From: Methanocaldococcus sp. 28A | GTDB lineage: Archaea > AGJL01 > Methanococci > Methanococcales > Methanocaldococcaceae | Reading direction: 5' to 3' (one strand) | DNA length: 64,000 bases | NCBI GenBank assembly: GCA_049852185.1 | Contig: CP187540.1 | Part shown: in pieces, positions 45,009 through 55,301 of the stretch | How positions within the stretch are numbered: the first letter of the stretch is position 1 | Layout: each line of letters begins with the position of its first letter | The notes under the pieces: generated by a model | What the model was told of the DNA's origin: nothing | Seen by the model: only the letters and a program-made list of their open reading frames with translations | Databases searched by the model: none | Program-made: the position numbers and the translations under genes

Positions 45009-45665
45009 TCAAATTATACAATGTTCTTTTAATTTTTCTTTGATGAATTCATCAATTATTTTAGCAGATTTTTTAACATCTTCATTGTAAATTACTAAAT
45101 CAGGTTTTATTTTCTTCACATTTCTCATATAATGCTCCCTATATAGTTTTTCTTCAATTAATTTTGCTGCTTCGTAGTATTTATCTTGTTTTATAAGTTC
45201 AATGATTTTTTCTACAGCTTCAATAATTTCTGGCTTTTTAAAACATTCCCTCAATATCAAAAATTTGTTTATCAAAATTTCTTTCTCTTTTTCATTTTTT
45301 GGCTTATAAATAGAGACTAATCTACTTATTTGACACTCATAAGGACAGTCAATTAAGATTTTGTAGGTATAGTTTTTAATATCCACCAACAATTCAGGAA
45401 TTTTTAATTTTTTCTCTCCACCAATCTTTCTTCCTTCATATTCAACCACTGCATAGCCTATTTGTTTAGCTTTTTCAATCTCTTTATTTATGAGCTCATC
45501 AAACTCTTCTTGGCTTCTCATACTTAAATGATATAAATCTCCCAAAATACTACCTCTTGTTCTTGCAATTTCTTCAATATCAATAACAGGATGGTGTTTT
45601 TTTAATTCTTGTAATATTTCTGTCTTTCCACAACCTGTTTTTCCAAATAATCCAAAGATAATCAT
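45009..45665 (-). CDS. tRNA 2-selenouridine synthase, P-loop subunit
   Basis: GKTGCGKT, DIEEIARTRGS, EYEGRKIG. Confidence 0.85.
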   Translation of the reverse strand: MIIFGLFGKTGCGKTEILQELKKHHPVIDIEEIARTRGSILGDLYHLSMRSQEEFDELINKEIEKAKQIGYAVVEYEGRKIGGEKKLKIPELLVDIKNYTYKILIDCPYECQISRLVSIYKPKNEKEKEILINKFLILRECFKKPEIIEAVEKIIELIKQDKYYEAAKLIEEKLYREHYMRNVKKIKPDLVIYNEDVKKSAKIIDEFIKEKLKEHCII

Positions 45666-45781
45666 AGTTTCACCGCTATATCTATCACACATTTTGGTAT
45701 AAATATGTTATTAAAAATATTGATAAATACAAATTATTGTTTTTGATATCATAACAATAACCAATCAAAAATAAAAATTTT

Positions 45782-46627
45782 CTAAATTAGTGGTTTTGGT
45801 TGATTATTATTTAATACGGGCAAATCTTCAATAGTTATCAATACATTATCTAAATCTTTAGCTCTTTCCAATAAAATCTCTTTTCCAAAATCAGATAAAG
45901 CAAATATTGGGATGGTTTTTCCTATTTGTGCTTTTATTTTGCCTTTCAATTTTTCTCTTAAAACCTTTGATGCACAGGCAGTTATTAAATCAAAGTATTT
46001 GGCTGTTTCTTCATTCTCTTCAATTCCTGTTGTATGAACACCAAAGGTTAATATTTTTATTTCATCATTTTCCAATGACTTGCAGCTCTTAGCATCTTCT
46101 ATGTTTGTTACAGTAACCGCTATCTTTTTATATCCCAGCTCAATAGCTTTTTTAACACCTTCAAATTGATTGATTTCAGCAGTTTTTTTATCTAAAACAA
46201 TACCTCCAGCTTTTTCAATCCTCTCTATGACCTCTGGAATTGGTGATGTCTCTATTATTCCAGAAATTCTCCCACAAAGGCCTTGAACTAATTTTGGATT
46301 TGCAGTTATAACAGTTCCAGCACAATCTGCTACTATAACAGCAACATCTATAGCTCTTCTCTTTAAAGCACTCATTAAAATCTCAGAAGCTCCAAATGGA
46401 ACTATATATTTGCTTTCTTCAACAATTCTATCTTTTGTGAATAATCCAAAGTCCTTTATCCTAAATTCTATATTTTCTTTTATGCTTTCTTTTGTTATTT
46501 CCTTTATTCCCCTATGTTTAGCAAATAATGGGCAGTATTTTATTTTTGGCTCTGTAATCTCAATAACTTTTCCATTTTCAACAATAATCTTCGCTTTTCC
46601 TAATGCTTCCATTACATGTCTATTCAT
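45782..46627 (-). CDS. Methanogenesis marker protein 8 (DUF2099)
   Basis: HVMEALGK, YCPLF, FGASE, VQGLCGRISG, GVHTTG. Confidence 0.8.
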   Translation of the reverse strand: MNRHVMEALGKAKIIVENGKVIEITEPKIKYCPLFAKHRGIKEITKESIKENIEFRIKDFGLFTKDRIVEESKYIVPFGASEILMSALKRRAIDVAVIVADCAGTVITANPKLVQGLCGRISGIIETSPIPEVIERIEKAGGIVLDKKTAEINQFEGVKKAIELGYKKIAVTVTNIEDAKSCKSLENDEIKILTFGVHTTGIEENEETAKYFDLITACASKVLREKLKGKIKAQIGKTIPIFALSDFGKEILLERAKDLDNVLITIEDLPVLNNNQPKPLI

Positions 46628-46693
46628 CTATATCCCTCTCACTAAAGATTTAAATCTAAGGATAAAACTTAAGAAAAAATAAAAATAAATGTT

Positions 46694-47377
46694 TTAGTCT
46701 TTTAGATATTTTTCTAAGTAGTAATTAATTATCTCTTCTCCATTTAGATAAACTAAGTTATGTTTCTCAGCATATCTTTTTGTTTCATTTTTGCTCATAG
46801 CTTCTCCATTATCACCCATCATTTCACATATTGTAGTAATAGGCACTAAATTAGCCATCTCTGCCAATGCTACTGTCATCTCAGTATGCCCCTGCCTATT
46901 TTTAACTAAACCTTCAGCAGCTCTTAATAAAGTTACATGCCCTGGACTTCTGAATTCCTTTCCAAAATCATTAAATCTTTCTTCTTTAACCAATTCAGCT
47001 AATTTTTTTATAGTAAATGCTCTATCATTGTCTGTAATTCCCGTAAATGTCTTTCTGTGGTTTATTGTTATTGAAAATGATGATTTCTCATCGTAAGGGA
47101 TGTCGTCTGGATAAAGTTCTTCTAGAACTTTAAATTTTTGAGAAGCAAACTCTAATATATCAACCATAAATGGAATGCCTAATTTATTACATATATCTGG
47201 ATGAATAGCTGTGCAAATCAATCCTCCAGCATCTTTTCTCATTGTCCTTATATGCTCAGGTTTTATAAATTGAGAAGCAACAACCATATCAGTCTCTCCT
47301 TCTCTGTTATCTGAGTCATAAACTAAAATAATTTCCCCTCTTTTTAATGCTTCTATAGCTTTTTCTACATTATTCAT
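46694..47377 (-). CDS. ribB: 3,4-dihydroxy-2-butanone 4-phosphate synthase
   Basis: [32 protein letters not shown]. Confidence 0.96.
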   Translation of the reverse strand: MNNVEKAIEALKRGEIILVYDSDNREGETDMVVASQFIKPEHIRTMRKDAGGLICTAIHPDICNKLGIPFMVDILEFASQKFKVLEELYPDDIPYDEKSSFSITINHRKTFTGITDNDRAFTIKKLAELVKEERFNDFGKEFRSPGHVTLLRAAEGLVKNRQGHTEMTVALAEMANLVPITTICEMMGDNGEAMSKNETKRYAEKHNLVYLNGEEIINYYLEKYLKD

Positions 47378-47780
47378 CTTTATCTCCCTTAATTAGTATT
47401 TTTATAACATCTCCATCTTTTAAATTATATTGCTCCCTAAGTTTTATTGGAGCTACTATCTCTATAATGTCACTACTATGATATGTTTTTTTTGGCAATA
47501 CAATAGCCCCATCTATTTCTTTATTATTTATTAATATTTTTATTGGTAAAATTTTAACTCCAAAATATTTTTTGCCATCAAATTCAAAATCCTCTGTTTC
47601 AATATATTCAAATTTATTTATATCAAATTCTTTATTTAGCTTTAAATTTAACGTCCCTTCATAAGGTTCAAAGCCAAGAATATTTTTAAATGCCTCTTTG
47701 TATGGTAGAAGAGATAAGAAATATCTCCCTTCTCCTCGTCCAGGAACTACTCTACCTTCAATAATCATTAATTTCACCAA
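47370..47780 (-). CDS. ribK: CTP-dependent riboflavin kinase
   Basis: [25 protein letters not shown]. Confidence 0.92.
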   Translation of the reverse strand: MVKLMIIEGRVVPGRGEGRYFLSLLPYKEAFKNILGFEPYEGTLNLKLNKEFDINKFEYIETEDFEFDGKKYFGVKILPIKILINNKEIDGAIVLPKKTYHSSDIIEIVAPIKLREQYNLKDGDVIKILIKGDKDE

Positions 47781-47787
47781 AAAATAA

Positions 47788-49053
47788 TTAATTTGGTTTA
47801 TATTCTCCTAACAGTTTTAATGCTAAAACCCTTGCCCATGAAGCTTCCAATATAACACTCAACAGTATAGTTATAAATGTTCCAATAATTATTGTTCCTG
47901 CAATGTCTGATGGTGAAATATACTTTGTTATTGATGATGGAATCTTATCTGCATTCTTTAGAATCTCTATACCAACAGTAACTGCTAAAGCAGCTGGAAC
48001 TACTCCTCTTGGTCCTTCTAAAGCGAAATATAACTTTTCTTTAAATGAGTGTTTTGATTTTGCCAACCCAATAAAGACTCCGAGAGGTCTTGCTAAGAAT
48101 ATGGAACCAAGAGCTACTAACAAGCCTGGAACAAAATAGCTTTGTAACATACTCAACTTTATACATGCTCCTAAAAACACGAATATAAAGATTCTTGCTA
48201 ATAACGATAAATCGTCACAGAATCTAACGACATACTCATAACTCTCAGGTTTCTCAGCCATTTTAAATAGTGTATCTCCCAAACATAAAGCCATTATTGC
48301 AATAGCCATATAGCCGCTAAATCCATAACCAAAAATACTTGGTAATAAGTCATCTCCAACATATAAAATAAGCATAGCTCCTCCAAGAACTAATGGAGCT
48401 ACATATTCATGAAATTCGCAATATATGACTATTTTTTCATATATTTTAGCTAATAATACTCCAACAATAACAGCACCTCCAGCAAGTGTTATTAAATCAA
48501 TTACTGGATTTGTTGAGGATGACAAACCAATTAATCCTAAAACAACACTTGTCGAAACAATACCCAATGGGTCATTAAAAATACTTTCAGCTTCTAATGT
48601 TATAGCAACTTCTGGGTTGGTTTTAACCCTTGAAAACACTGGAATTAAGGTAGCAGGGTCGGTTGCTGAAGTTATTGCTCCGAATAAATACCCAATTGGA
48701 CAAGTGTATGGCAGATTTAAAACTATATTAAAAACCAGTCCTGAGACTAATAAAGTAACTAAGAAAGTTATTGTATCTAATCTTATAACCGTCTTTATAA
48801 CCCTTTTAAGTAATGAAATTCTCATTGTAAATGCTCCACCTAATAAAATAAATATTAGCCCTATAGGTCCAGCATATTCAAAAATTTTCATCGCTGATTC
48901 TGATGGAATTATCTGTAAAAAAGGTCCTATAATCAAACCTAACAATAATAATAATGGGATGTCTGGGATTTTTAACTTTTCTGCGATTTTTGCTACTAAA
49001 GAACCGAGGACTAAAGCTAACCCAAGATAACCAATAGCTATCATAAGCTCCAT
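47788..49053 (-). CDS. nhaP1: Na+/H+ antiporter NhaP1 (CPA1)
   Basis: ATDP, ESIFNDP, GPRGVVP; start MELMIAIGY at 49053. Confidence 0.93.
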   Translation of the reverse strand: MELMIAIGYLGLALVLGSLVAKIAEKLKIPDIPLLLLLGLIIGPFLQIIPSESAMKIFEYAGPIGLIFILLGGAFTMRISLLKRVIKTVIRLDTITFLVTLLVSGLVFNIVLNLPYTCPIGYLFGAITSATDPATLIPVFSRVKTNPEVAITLEAESIFNDPLGIVSTSVVLGLIGLSSSTNPVIDLITLAGGAVIVGVLLAKIYEKIVIYCEFHEYVAPLVLGGAMLILYVGDDLLPSIFGYGFSGYMAIAIMALCLGDTLFKMAEKPESYEYVVRFCDDLSLLARIFIFVFLGACIKLSMLQSYFVPGLLVALGSIFLARPLGVFIGLAKSKHSFKEKLYFALEGPRGVVPAALAVTVGIEILKNADKIPSSITKYISPSDIAGTIIIGTFITILLSVILEASWARVLALKLLGEYKPN

Positions 49054-49094
49054 GTTAATCACAAATAATAAAGTATTGTGTTTAAATTTAAATT

Positions 49095-49148
49095 TGTTAT
49101 ATCCCAAAAATATTTCGCACCTATGAGTAATAAAAAAGATAACATAAA
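49095..49148 (+). mobile_element. Solo IS481-type left end (TGT terminus)
   Basis: 49 bp identical, inverted, to 51626-51674, which precedes an IS481 transposase relic. Confidence 0.85.
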
Positions 49149-49235
49149 CAATAATAAACAATATGAGAAGAGTAAAACTTGACAATAAAAAGATTAAGTA
49201 TTATAATTAAGTATTATAAAATTATTTTAGAGTAT

Positions 49236-50390
49236 TTATTCTTCAGAATATGCAGTAGTTTGCAATATCGCAGTATCCAAACCTGTTTTTTCCTCTTCTT
49301 TACTAACTCTTAAACCAATTGTTAAATCTAATCCTTTATAAATAATTAACCCTCCAATAATTGCAATTAATGATATAACAACAGCACCAATTAATTGCCC
49401 AACAAATGAGACTTCAGCACCTTTTTTTAATAAGAATGGAATTCCTGCACATATTACTCCAATTAAACCACTCATAGCATGAACTGGACCTATAGCACAA
49501 ACATCATCAATCTTTAACTTCTCTTCAATAAACTTATATGTGAATGGTTGCTGAATTCCAGCCAACAAACCTACTATAAACGCTCCAATTGGTGTAAATA
49601 AATCTACTCCACTACAAACAGCTACTAAACCAGCACACATACCGTTAGCTGTGTAAAGAGGATCGTTTCTTGAACTTAAAGCTCCTCCTATGATACCTCC
49701 AGCTAAAGCCATTGTTGTTGCTAAAGCCACACTCGCCAACTCAACACCATTTGCTATGCCTGAAGCACTACCAATGTTAAATCCATACCATCCAAATGCC
49801 AAAATAAATGCCCCTAAAACAGCTATTGGTATATTGTGACCTGGAATTGCTTGTGGTTTTCCATTAACATATTTATCTAATCTTGGACCTAAAACATAAG
49901 CAGCCATTAAACCAACTAAACCTCCAAATAAATGGACTACTCCACTTCCAGCATAGTCGTGGTAGTTTATTCCTAAATTAGCAAAGCCTCCACCCCACGC
50001 CAGATGCTCGACAATTGGATATAAAATACCTCCTACAATTAAAGCTCCTATGAAATATGGAAGGATTCTTATTCTCTCAGCAACCCCTCCCGTTATAATT
50101 GTTACAGCTGCAGCTGCGAACATAACCATTTTCATAAAATGTGCTCCCAAATCAGCATTAAAGTTTCCAGTTATTAAAGGCATTATATTTTCTAAACCAT
50201 AAGAAATGCCATAACCAATAAATAAATATGCGATAAACACTGCCGCTAAATCTAACAACTTCAAAACACAATGATAAGCAACATTTTTAGCTCTAAACTG
50301 TCCAATCTCTAACGCAATAAACCCTGCTTTCATAAAAAATATTAACGATGCAGCCCACAAGAAGAAAAACACATCAACACTATTCATCAT
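49236..50390 (-). CDS. amtB: Ammonium transporter
   Basis: GGVAER, DYAGSGVVH, FGWYGFN, KIDD, VH. Confidence 0.95.
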   Translation of the reverse strand: MMNSVDVFFFLWAASLIFFMKAGFIALEIGQFRAKNVAYHCVLKLLDLAAVFIAYLFIGYGISYGLENIMPLITGNFNADLGAHFMKMVMFAAAAVTIITGGVAERIRILPYFIGALIVGGILYPIVEHLAWGGGFANLGINYHDYAGSGVVHLFGGLVGLMAAYVLGPRLDKYVNGKPQAIPGHNIPIAVLGAFILAFGWYGFNIGSASGIANGVELASVALATTMALAGGIIGGALSSRNDPLYTANGMCAGLVAVCSGVDLFTPIGAFIVGLLAGIQQPFTYKFIEEKLKIDDVCAIGPVHAMSGLIGVICAGIPFLLKKGAEVSFVGQLIGAVVISLIAIIGGLIIYKGLDLTIGLRVSKEEEKTGLDTAILQTTAYSEE

Positions 50391-50409
50391 ATCACCTCAA
50401 AGATTTGTA

Positions 50410-50423
50410 GGAATTCTTCTACC
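50410..50423. promoter_or_regulatory. Imperfect NrpR operator (GGAA-N6-TACC)
   Basis: One mismatch to the consensus, just upstream of the amtB RBS. Confidence 0.5.
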
Positions 50424-50480
50424 GAGCACCCATTTTCCTAATGCCTCTTAATGAATGAAATTATTTAAATATCTTACTAC

Positions 50481-50494
50481 GGAAGGAAATTTCC
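50481..50494. promoter_or_regulatory. NrpR nitrogen-repressor operator GGAA-N6-TTCC
   Basis: GGAAggaaatTTCC in the divergent amtB/glnK intergenic region. Confidence 0.85.
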
Positions 50495-50575
50495 TTCTTT
50501 ACATATAAGAGTTATGTTTCTTATTACCTTTTAGATAAAAATAAAAATAATTAAATAAAAAATTAAATAAAATAA

Positions 50576-50962
<387 letters not shown>

Positions 50963-51054
50963 TAAAGTACCTTACAACTTTGTTTAGATTTAACAATGTT
51001 TTCAAAAATTATCGAAGTTGTCAAAAAATATTAAACTAACTAATAGTACGAATA

Positions 51055-51108
51055 TAAACACCTAATGGTGTTAAAATTCTATTTAATATGTAATCTGCGA
51101 AAGTCCTA
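51055..51108. repeat. Family A MITE-like right half
   Basis: Hairpin AACACC-TAAT-GGTGTT followed by CTGCGAAAGTCCTA. Confidence 0.7.
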
Positions 51109-51256
51109 TTCTGGAAGTAATATAAAAAGCATATAAACGATAGTCCTCGACCTTTTTAGCATATTCTCCCCAAAATAAACTTTTGTTTCGAAAAATTATA
51201 ACATCTGATAAAAATAGATTATCATGAAATATTATAATAAAATATTTAAATATGCT

Positions 51257-51300
51257 TGCAAAAGTCCTATAAGGAAAAAAATGATGCCAAAGGCATCAAA
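51257..51300. repeat. Family A MITE-like end plus central hairpin of a further copy
   Basis: TGCAAAAGTCCTA and TGATGCC-AAA-GGCATCA. Confidence 0.7.
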
Positions 51301-51319
51301 TTTCATTAATATTATTTAT

Positions 51320-51679
51320 ACCTAAGAGATTCCTATTATACCTACGTTCGATAAAGTGTTCCAAATGAACAGGACCTATCCCTTTATATTTCTTGACTGC
51401 TTTGAGAACAATATCTACCTCATCCCAAGTAATTTCTTTTGGCTTCCAACTTCTACGCTTTATCTTCGGGATTTCTTCAGTCTCTCGAAATTCCTTCCAT
51501 ATCTGTTGAACTCTACGAGTGGATATTTCCAACTTCTTAGCAATATCTCTCGTTCTAAATCCCTTCTCCTTCCATCTAATAATTTTCTTAAATTTTCTTA
51601 ATCTTTTTATATTAACCTTATATTATTTATGTTATCTTTTTTATTACTCATAGGTGCGAAATATTTTTGGGATACCTCA
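51320..51679 (-). mobile_element. Truncated IS481-family element (left end plus transposase HTH fragment)
   Basis: KIIRWKEKGFRTRDIAKKLEISTRRVQQIWKEFRETEEIP...GIGPVHLE; TG terminus. Confidence 0.8.
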
Positions 51680-51808
51680 CCTAAATTAAAGGAAAAAGTT
51701 TTAAATATATTAGAAGAGTTAAGTAAATATTAATGAAGATATAACCAAATGACTGAAACTTCCTACTAACTTACTTAGTATTTATATGAATAAATAAAGT
51801 GGATTATA

Positions 51809-52750
51809 ATGAGTTTTGATGAACTATGTAATGAAATTATGCAAAAAAATGAAGATGCAAAGGATTTTGCTTATATATTAAAATTAGCTTATTTAAATGA
51901 ATTTAACAAATTTAAAAATATTAATTTTAAAAAATTAAATATTATTGAGAAAGATGATTTGCTCTTTTATGGGAAAAATTATCCATTATTTAAAACTTTG
52001 CTATTTTATAATGAAATTCCAGTATTTAGGAAAGAAAAAGAAAGCATTTTATTTTTAAAGAGTATTGGGCTATCTCCAACAAATAGTTTAAACTCTTTAA
52101 ACTATAATGAAAAAATAAGATTAGGAAATGAATTCATAAAAAAATGCATAACTATAGTTCCAAAAGAATATGTTAGATATATTCCTCATTTGATATTTGG
52201 AAAAGAATATTATTTTAAAGAAATGAATTTAAAAGAATATGTTTCTGCCTTAAATGGGATGTATAAAGTTGGTAAGAGGAAGAAAGTAAAAAAATTGATA
52301 ATTAATAAAGAATTACCTGATGATAGCGACATTAAAAAGTATAAGAAAAAATTGGCAAGGAAAATTATCTTATTTAAGAAAAAATTAGATAAATATGAAA
52401 TAAATTACTTTAATTTAAAATTTAATAACAAAAATTTTAAATGTCAATATATTTATATCAAACAGTCTATATGGGATAAAGTCCTTGGTTTGTTTGGAGA
52501 AGGAATTGAGCTAAAATATTATCCAACTTTGGTTAATATTGCCTATAATAATAAAAAGATAGATTTTCTAAAACCATTTTTTATATTTGTTAATAAGGGA
52601 AATATTTCAGTTTATGCAAAAATTCCAAAGCTAATTTATTTAAAAGATAATTTAAGCTTAAATCATTTAAATTTAAAAGGAAAATATGTATATTTTGGAA
52701 ATTGGGATAACGATAAATTTTATCAGCTTATAGAAAAGGGAAAATTATGA
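51809..52750 (+). CDS. Hypothetical Lys-rich protein
   Basis: 313-aa ORF with an RBS-like sequence; no recognised motif. Confidence 0.6.
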   Translation: MSFDELCNEIMQKNEDAKDFAYILKLAYLNEFNKFKNINFKKLNIIEKDDLLFYGKNYPLFKTLLFYNEIPVFRKEKESILFLKSIGLSPTNSLNSLNYNEKIRLGNEFIKKCITIVPKEYVRYIPHLIFGKEYYFKEMNLKEYVSALNGMYKVGKRKKVKKLIINKELPDDSDIKKYKKKLARKIILFKKKLDKYEINYFNLKFNNKNFKCQYIYIKQSIWDKVLGLFGEGIELKYYPTLVNIAYNNKKIDFLKPFFIFVNKGNISVYAKIPKLIYLKDNLSLNHLNLKGKYVYFGNWDNDKFYQLIEKGKL

Positions 52751-53232
52751 GAAAGTGCTACATAATTTTGTTGGTATTTTTACTTTTGAATAGTATTTTT
52801 GGTTATTATTTGGGATATATAAAGATAAATGAAGAATCTCCTACCTATAAAGAAGAATTTGATATAAATAAACTTGTAAATTATACTTACAAACTTTATT
52901 TTATTCATTATGGAAATATAAAAGAGAATATGCAAGTAAATATTTATTTAAATGAGAAATTAGTTTATAAGATTGATGATTCTATTGATGGTTCAGGAAA
53001 TTATAAAAAAGAGGCTGTTATAGATATAAGAGATTATTTAAAAGATGGAAAAAATGTTTTAAAGGTTGAGGGTATAAATTTAAAAGGAAATGAAACTTAT
53101 CACCCTTATTATGTGTTAGATGAGGTTTATATAAATGAACCAACAAAAAGTCCTATAAGTTTTGGAAGTGTTTTTTTAACTTTAATTTTGATAGGTCTTA
53201 TTATCTTCTATTATGAAAAAAAAGAACAATGA
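52747..53232 (+). CDS. Secreted protein with C-terminal membrane anchor
   Basis: Signal peptide; C-terminal KSPIS, hydrophobic helix, KK. Confidence 0.65.
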   Translation: MRKCYIILLVFLLLNSIFGYYLGYIKINEESPTYKEEFDINKLVNYTYKLYFIHYGNIKENMQVNIYLNEKLVYKIDDSIDGSGNYKKEAVIDIRDYLKDGKNVLKVEGINLKGNETYHPYYVLDEVYINEPTKSPISFGSVFLTLILIGLIIFYYEKKEQ

Positions 53233-53295
53233 GTTATAGTTGTGTTTTAGAATTTGTTATTAATTTAGAAGTAATGGATTGAGACCTTTACAATT

Positions 53296-53357
53296 TATAG
53301 TTGTGAGCAAAATAAAATAAACTTTTATAGGGTCAGATACTTTTGCACAAATCAATA
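53296..53357. repeat. Shortened family B MITE-like element
   Basis: TATAGTTGTGAGCAAAATAAAATAAACTTTTATA matches the reverse complement of 26455-26488. Confidence 0.8.
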
Positions 53358-53388
53358 AGTGCTACTTAGTTGTTAGAATTGTGAGAAT

Positions 53389-54687
53389 ATGACTTTGATT
53401 GATGAGTTATTTAAAAAAGTTAAAAGCTTTATTAGTAATGAAAATCAAAGTTTAAAAATAAGATTAATAAAAAATGCCGGTTGGTTATTTAGTGCTGAAA
53501 TTATATCAAAAATCTTAGCCTATGGTGTAATTGTTATTTTAAGTAGGACTTTAGGCCCAGTAGGTCTTGGGCAATATTCTTTTATATTCTATTATGTAGG
53601 TTTGTTGGGAATATTTTCAGATTTAGGAGTTAGTTATTACTTTATGAGAGAAATTGCGAGAGATAAGGATAAATTAAATTTACTTCCTGATGTTTTAGGA
53701 TTTAAAATAGTCCTTGCATTAATTAATTTTTTAATAATTGTTATTATTACAATGTTCTTACCAAAACCTTTGTGGATTAAGGAACTTATAATTTTGGCTG
53801 GGGCTGAAGCTATTCTGATGTATATAGCATATCTTTTTGTTAATATTATGTATGCACATGGTGTAACTAAATATGATGCAATTGCAAAAACTGTAGAGAG
53901 ATTTTGGGCTTTTTTTATTGGTGGTCTAATTTTATATATTTCAAAGTCGTTATCACCATTTATATTAGCTCTTTTAATTGGATATAGCATAAGAGAATAC
54001 TTAAGAATAAAGTGGGGCCGCAAATTTATTGACAAAATTAAAATTAGATTTAAACCTAAAATATGGATTTCTCTATTAAAAAATTCTTATCCCTTTTGGC
54101 TTATTGGTTTATTCACATTGATATACTATAGGACAGACATGGTTATGCTCAACTTAATGTGTGGAGATTATGAAACTGGAATATATAGAGCGGCATTTAC
54201 ATTAATAGAAGTTTCTTTATTTATCTCAAATATTATTGTAGCTACAACGATGCCTTCAATGGCAAAACTATGGAAAGAGGATAAAAATACACTAAATATA
54301 CTATTCAAAAAATGTTTTCAAATTCTTTTAGGATTAGGTATTTTTGGATTAATTGGTTATTACGTATTTGCTTACTTTGGAATACATTTAGTATTTGGTA
54401 ATAAGTTTATTTCAAGTGTTAATATTTTAAAAATTTTGGGATTTGCATTACCATTTATGTTTTTAAATTCCTTATTTGGAAGTTTTATGAATGCTACTGG
54501 AAAAGAACTTATATTTACTAAAATAACTGGATTTACAGCTGTATTAAATGTTATTTTTAACTATATTTTAATTTTAGAGTATGGTGCTATTGGAGCGGCA
54601 ATAGCAACTGTTATAAGTCAAAGTATGGCAAGTTTTTTAAGTTGGATGTATATTAAGAAAGAGGCTGTCAAGATAAAAAATAAATAA
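53389..54687 (+). CDS. Wzx-like polysaccharide flippase
   Basis: Many TMs; SRTLGP..GQY, DLG, YYRTDMVML, GIYRAA, YGAIGAAIAT. Confidence 0.9.
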   Translation: MTLIDELFKKVKSFISNENQSLKIRLIKNAGWLFSAEIISKILAYGVIVILSRTLGPVGLGQYSFIFYYVGLLGIFSDLGVSYYFMREIARDKDKLNLLPDVLGFKIVLALINFLIIVIITMFLPKPLWIKELIILAGAEAILMYIAYLFVNIMYAHGVTKYDAIAKTVERFWAFFIGGLILYISKSLSPFILALLIGYSIREYLRIKWGRKFIDKIKIRFKPKIWISLLKNSYPFWLIGLFTLIYYRTDMVMLNLMCGDYETGIYRAAFTLIEVSLFISNIIVATTMPSMAKLWKEDKNTLNILFKKCFQILLGLGIFGLIGYYVFAYFGIHLVFGNKFISSVNILKILGFALPFMFLNSLFGSFMNATGKELIFTKITGFTAVLNVIFNYILILEYGAIGAAIATVISQSMASFLSWMYIKKEAVKIKNK

Positions 54688-54719
54688 GTAAGTGTAAATA
54701 AAAGATGATATGAAACTAA

Positions 54720-55010
54720 CTTGAGAGAAATAAGAAATCGATAGAAATTAAAATTTTAGCAGAAAATTTTGTATTATTTAGGATTATCGTTAAGAAAGGT
54801 AAGTTTGTTTCTTTCACAGTTTGAGAGCATAAGTCATGAATCGGGTAGGACATAATATCACAAGATTAAGAAGATTTTAAACGAGCCTAAAAGAAAGACA
54901 AGAAATCTAATAGCAATCGATGAAACTAAACTAACGTTTGGAAATGAAACTATTTATGTATGGTCTGCTATCGATTGGTGTCTAAAGAATGTTTAGGTAT
55001 CTATGTCTCT
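54720..55010 (+). mobile_element. IS6-family transposase pseudogene, N-terminal half
   Basis: GLSLRKVS...ISHES...LIAIDETKL...YVWSAID with a stop and frameshifts. Confidence 0.85.
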
Positions 55011-55190
55011 GAAAATTGTATTAAAAGTTTCTTCTCTTTACTTAAAAAAAGAACTAAATCTTTCTATAATCGATTCTCTAATAATACTAAATTCTAAACC
55101 ACCCTTAACTGGCTTGAATCTTTCTCCATCCTATACAATTAGCTCTTATCTATATCTTGACAATATTAAACTAAAGGTATTGATTATAAA
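55011..55190 (-). mobile_element. Probable IS6 transposase C-terminal half, opposite orientation
   Basis: ELIV*DG...GLEF...[16 protein letters not shown] resembles IS6 IVDG...LGLEF...IERFFSxLKRR. Confidence 0.5.
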
Positions 55191-55301
55191 CCAGAAAAAT
55201 CAGTCCCTTGGCGATATTAGAAAAAAGAAAAATTTACTGAACTAATTATATGAAAAAGTTATGAATTGAGATATTATATATAATTAATGAATGGGGATAT
55301 A

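Noticed and set aside
44330-45665. Selenoprotein (in-frame UGA) near the SelU genes
   Set aside because: No ORF needing UGA readthrough and no archaeal SECIS hairpin seen
49054-49185. 44-aa N-terminal extension of NhaP1
   Set aside because: Runs through the IS481 end; the recognisable protein begins at MELMIA (49053)
51732-51756. Box C/D sRNA candidate (AUGAAGA...CUGA)
   Set aside because: No second C'/D pair, and the guide is A-rich with no evident target
55003-55245. 80-aa ORF on + strand
   Set aside because: Overlaps the IS6 relic and has no RBS or motif
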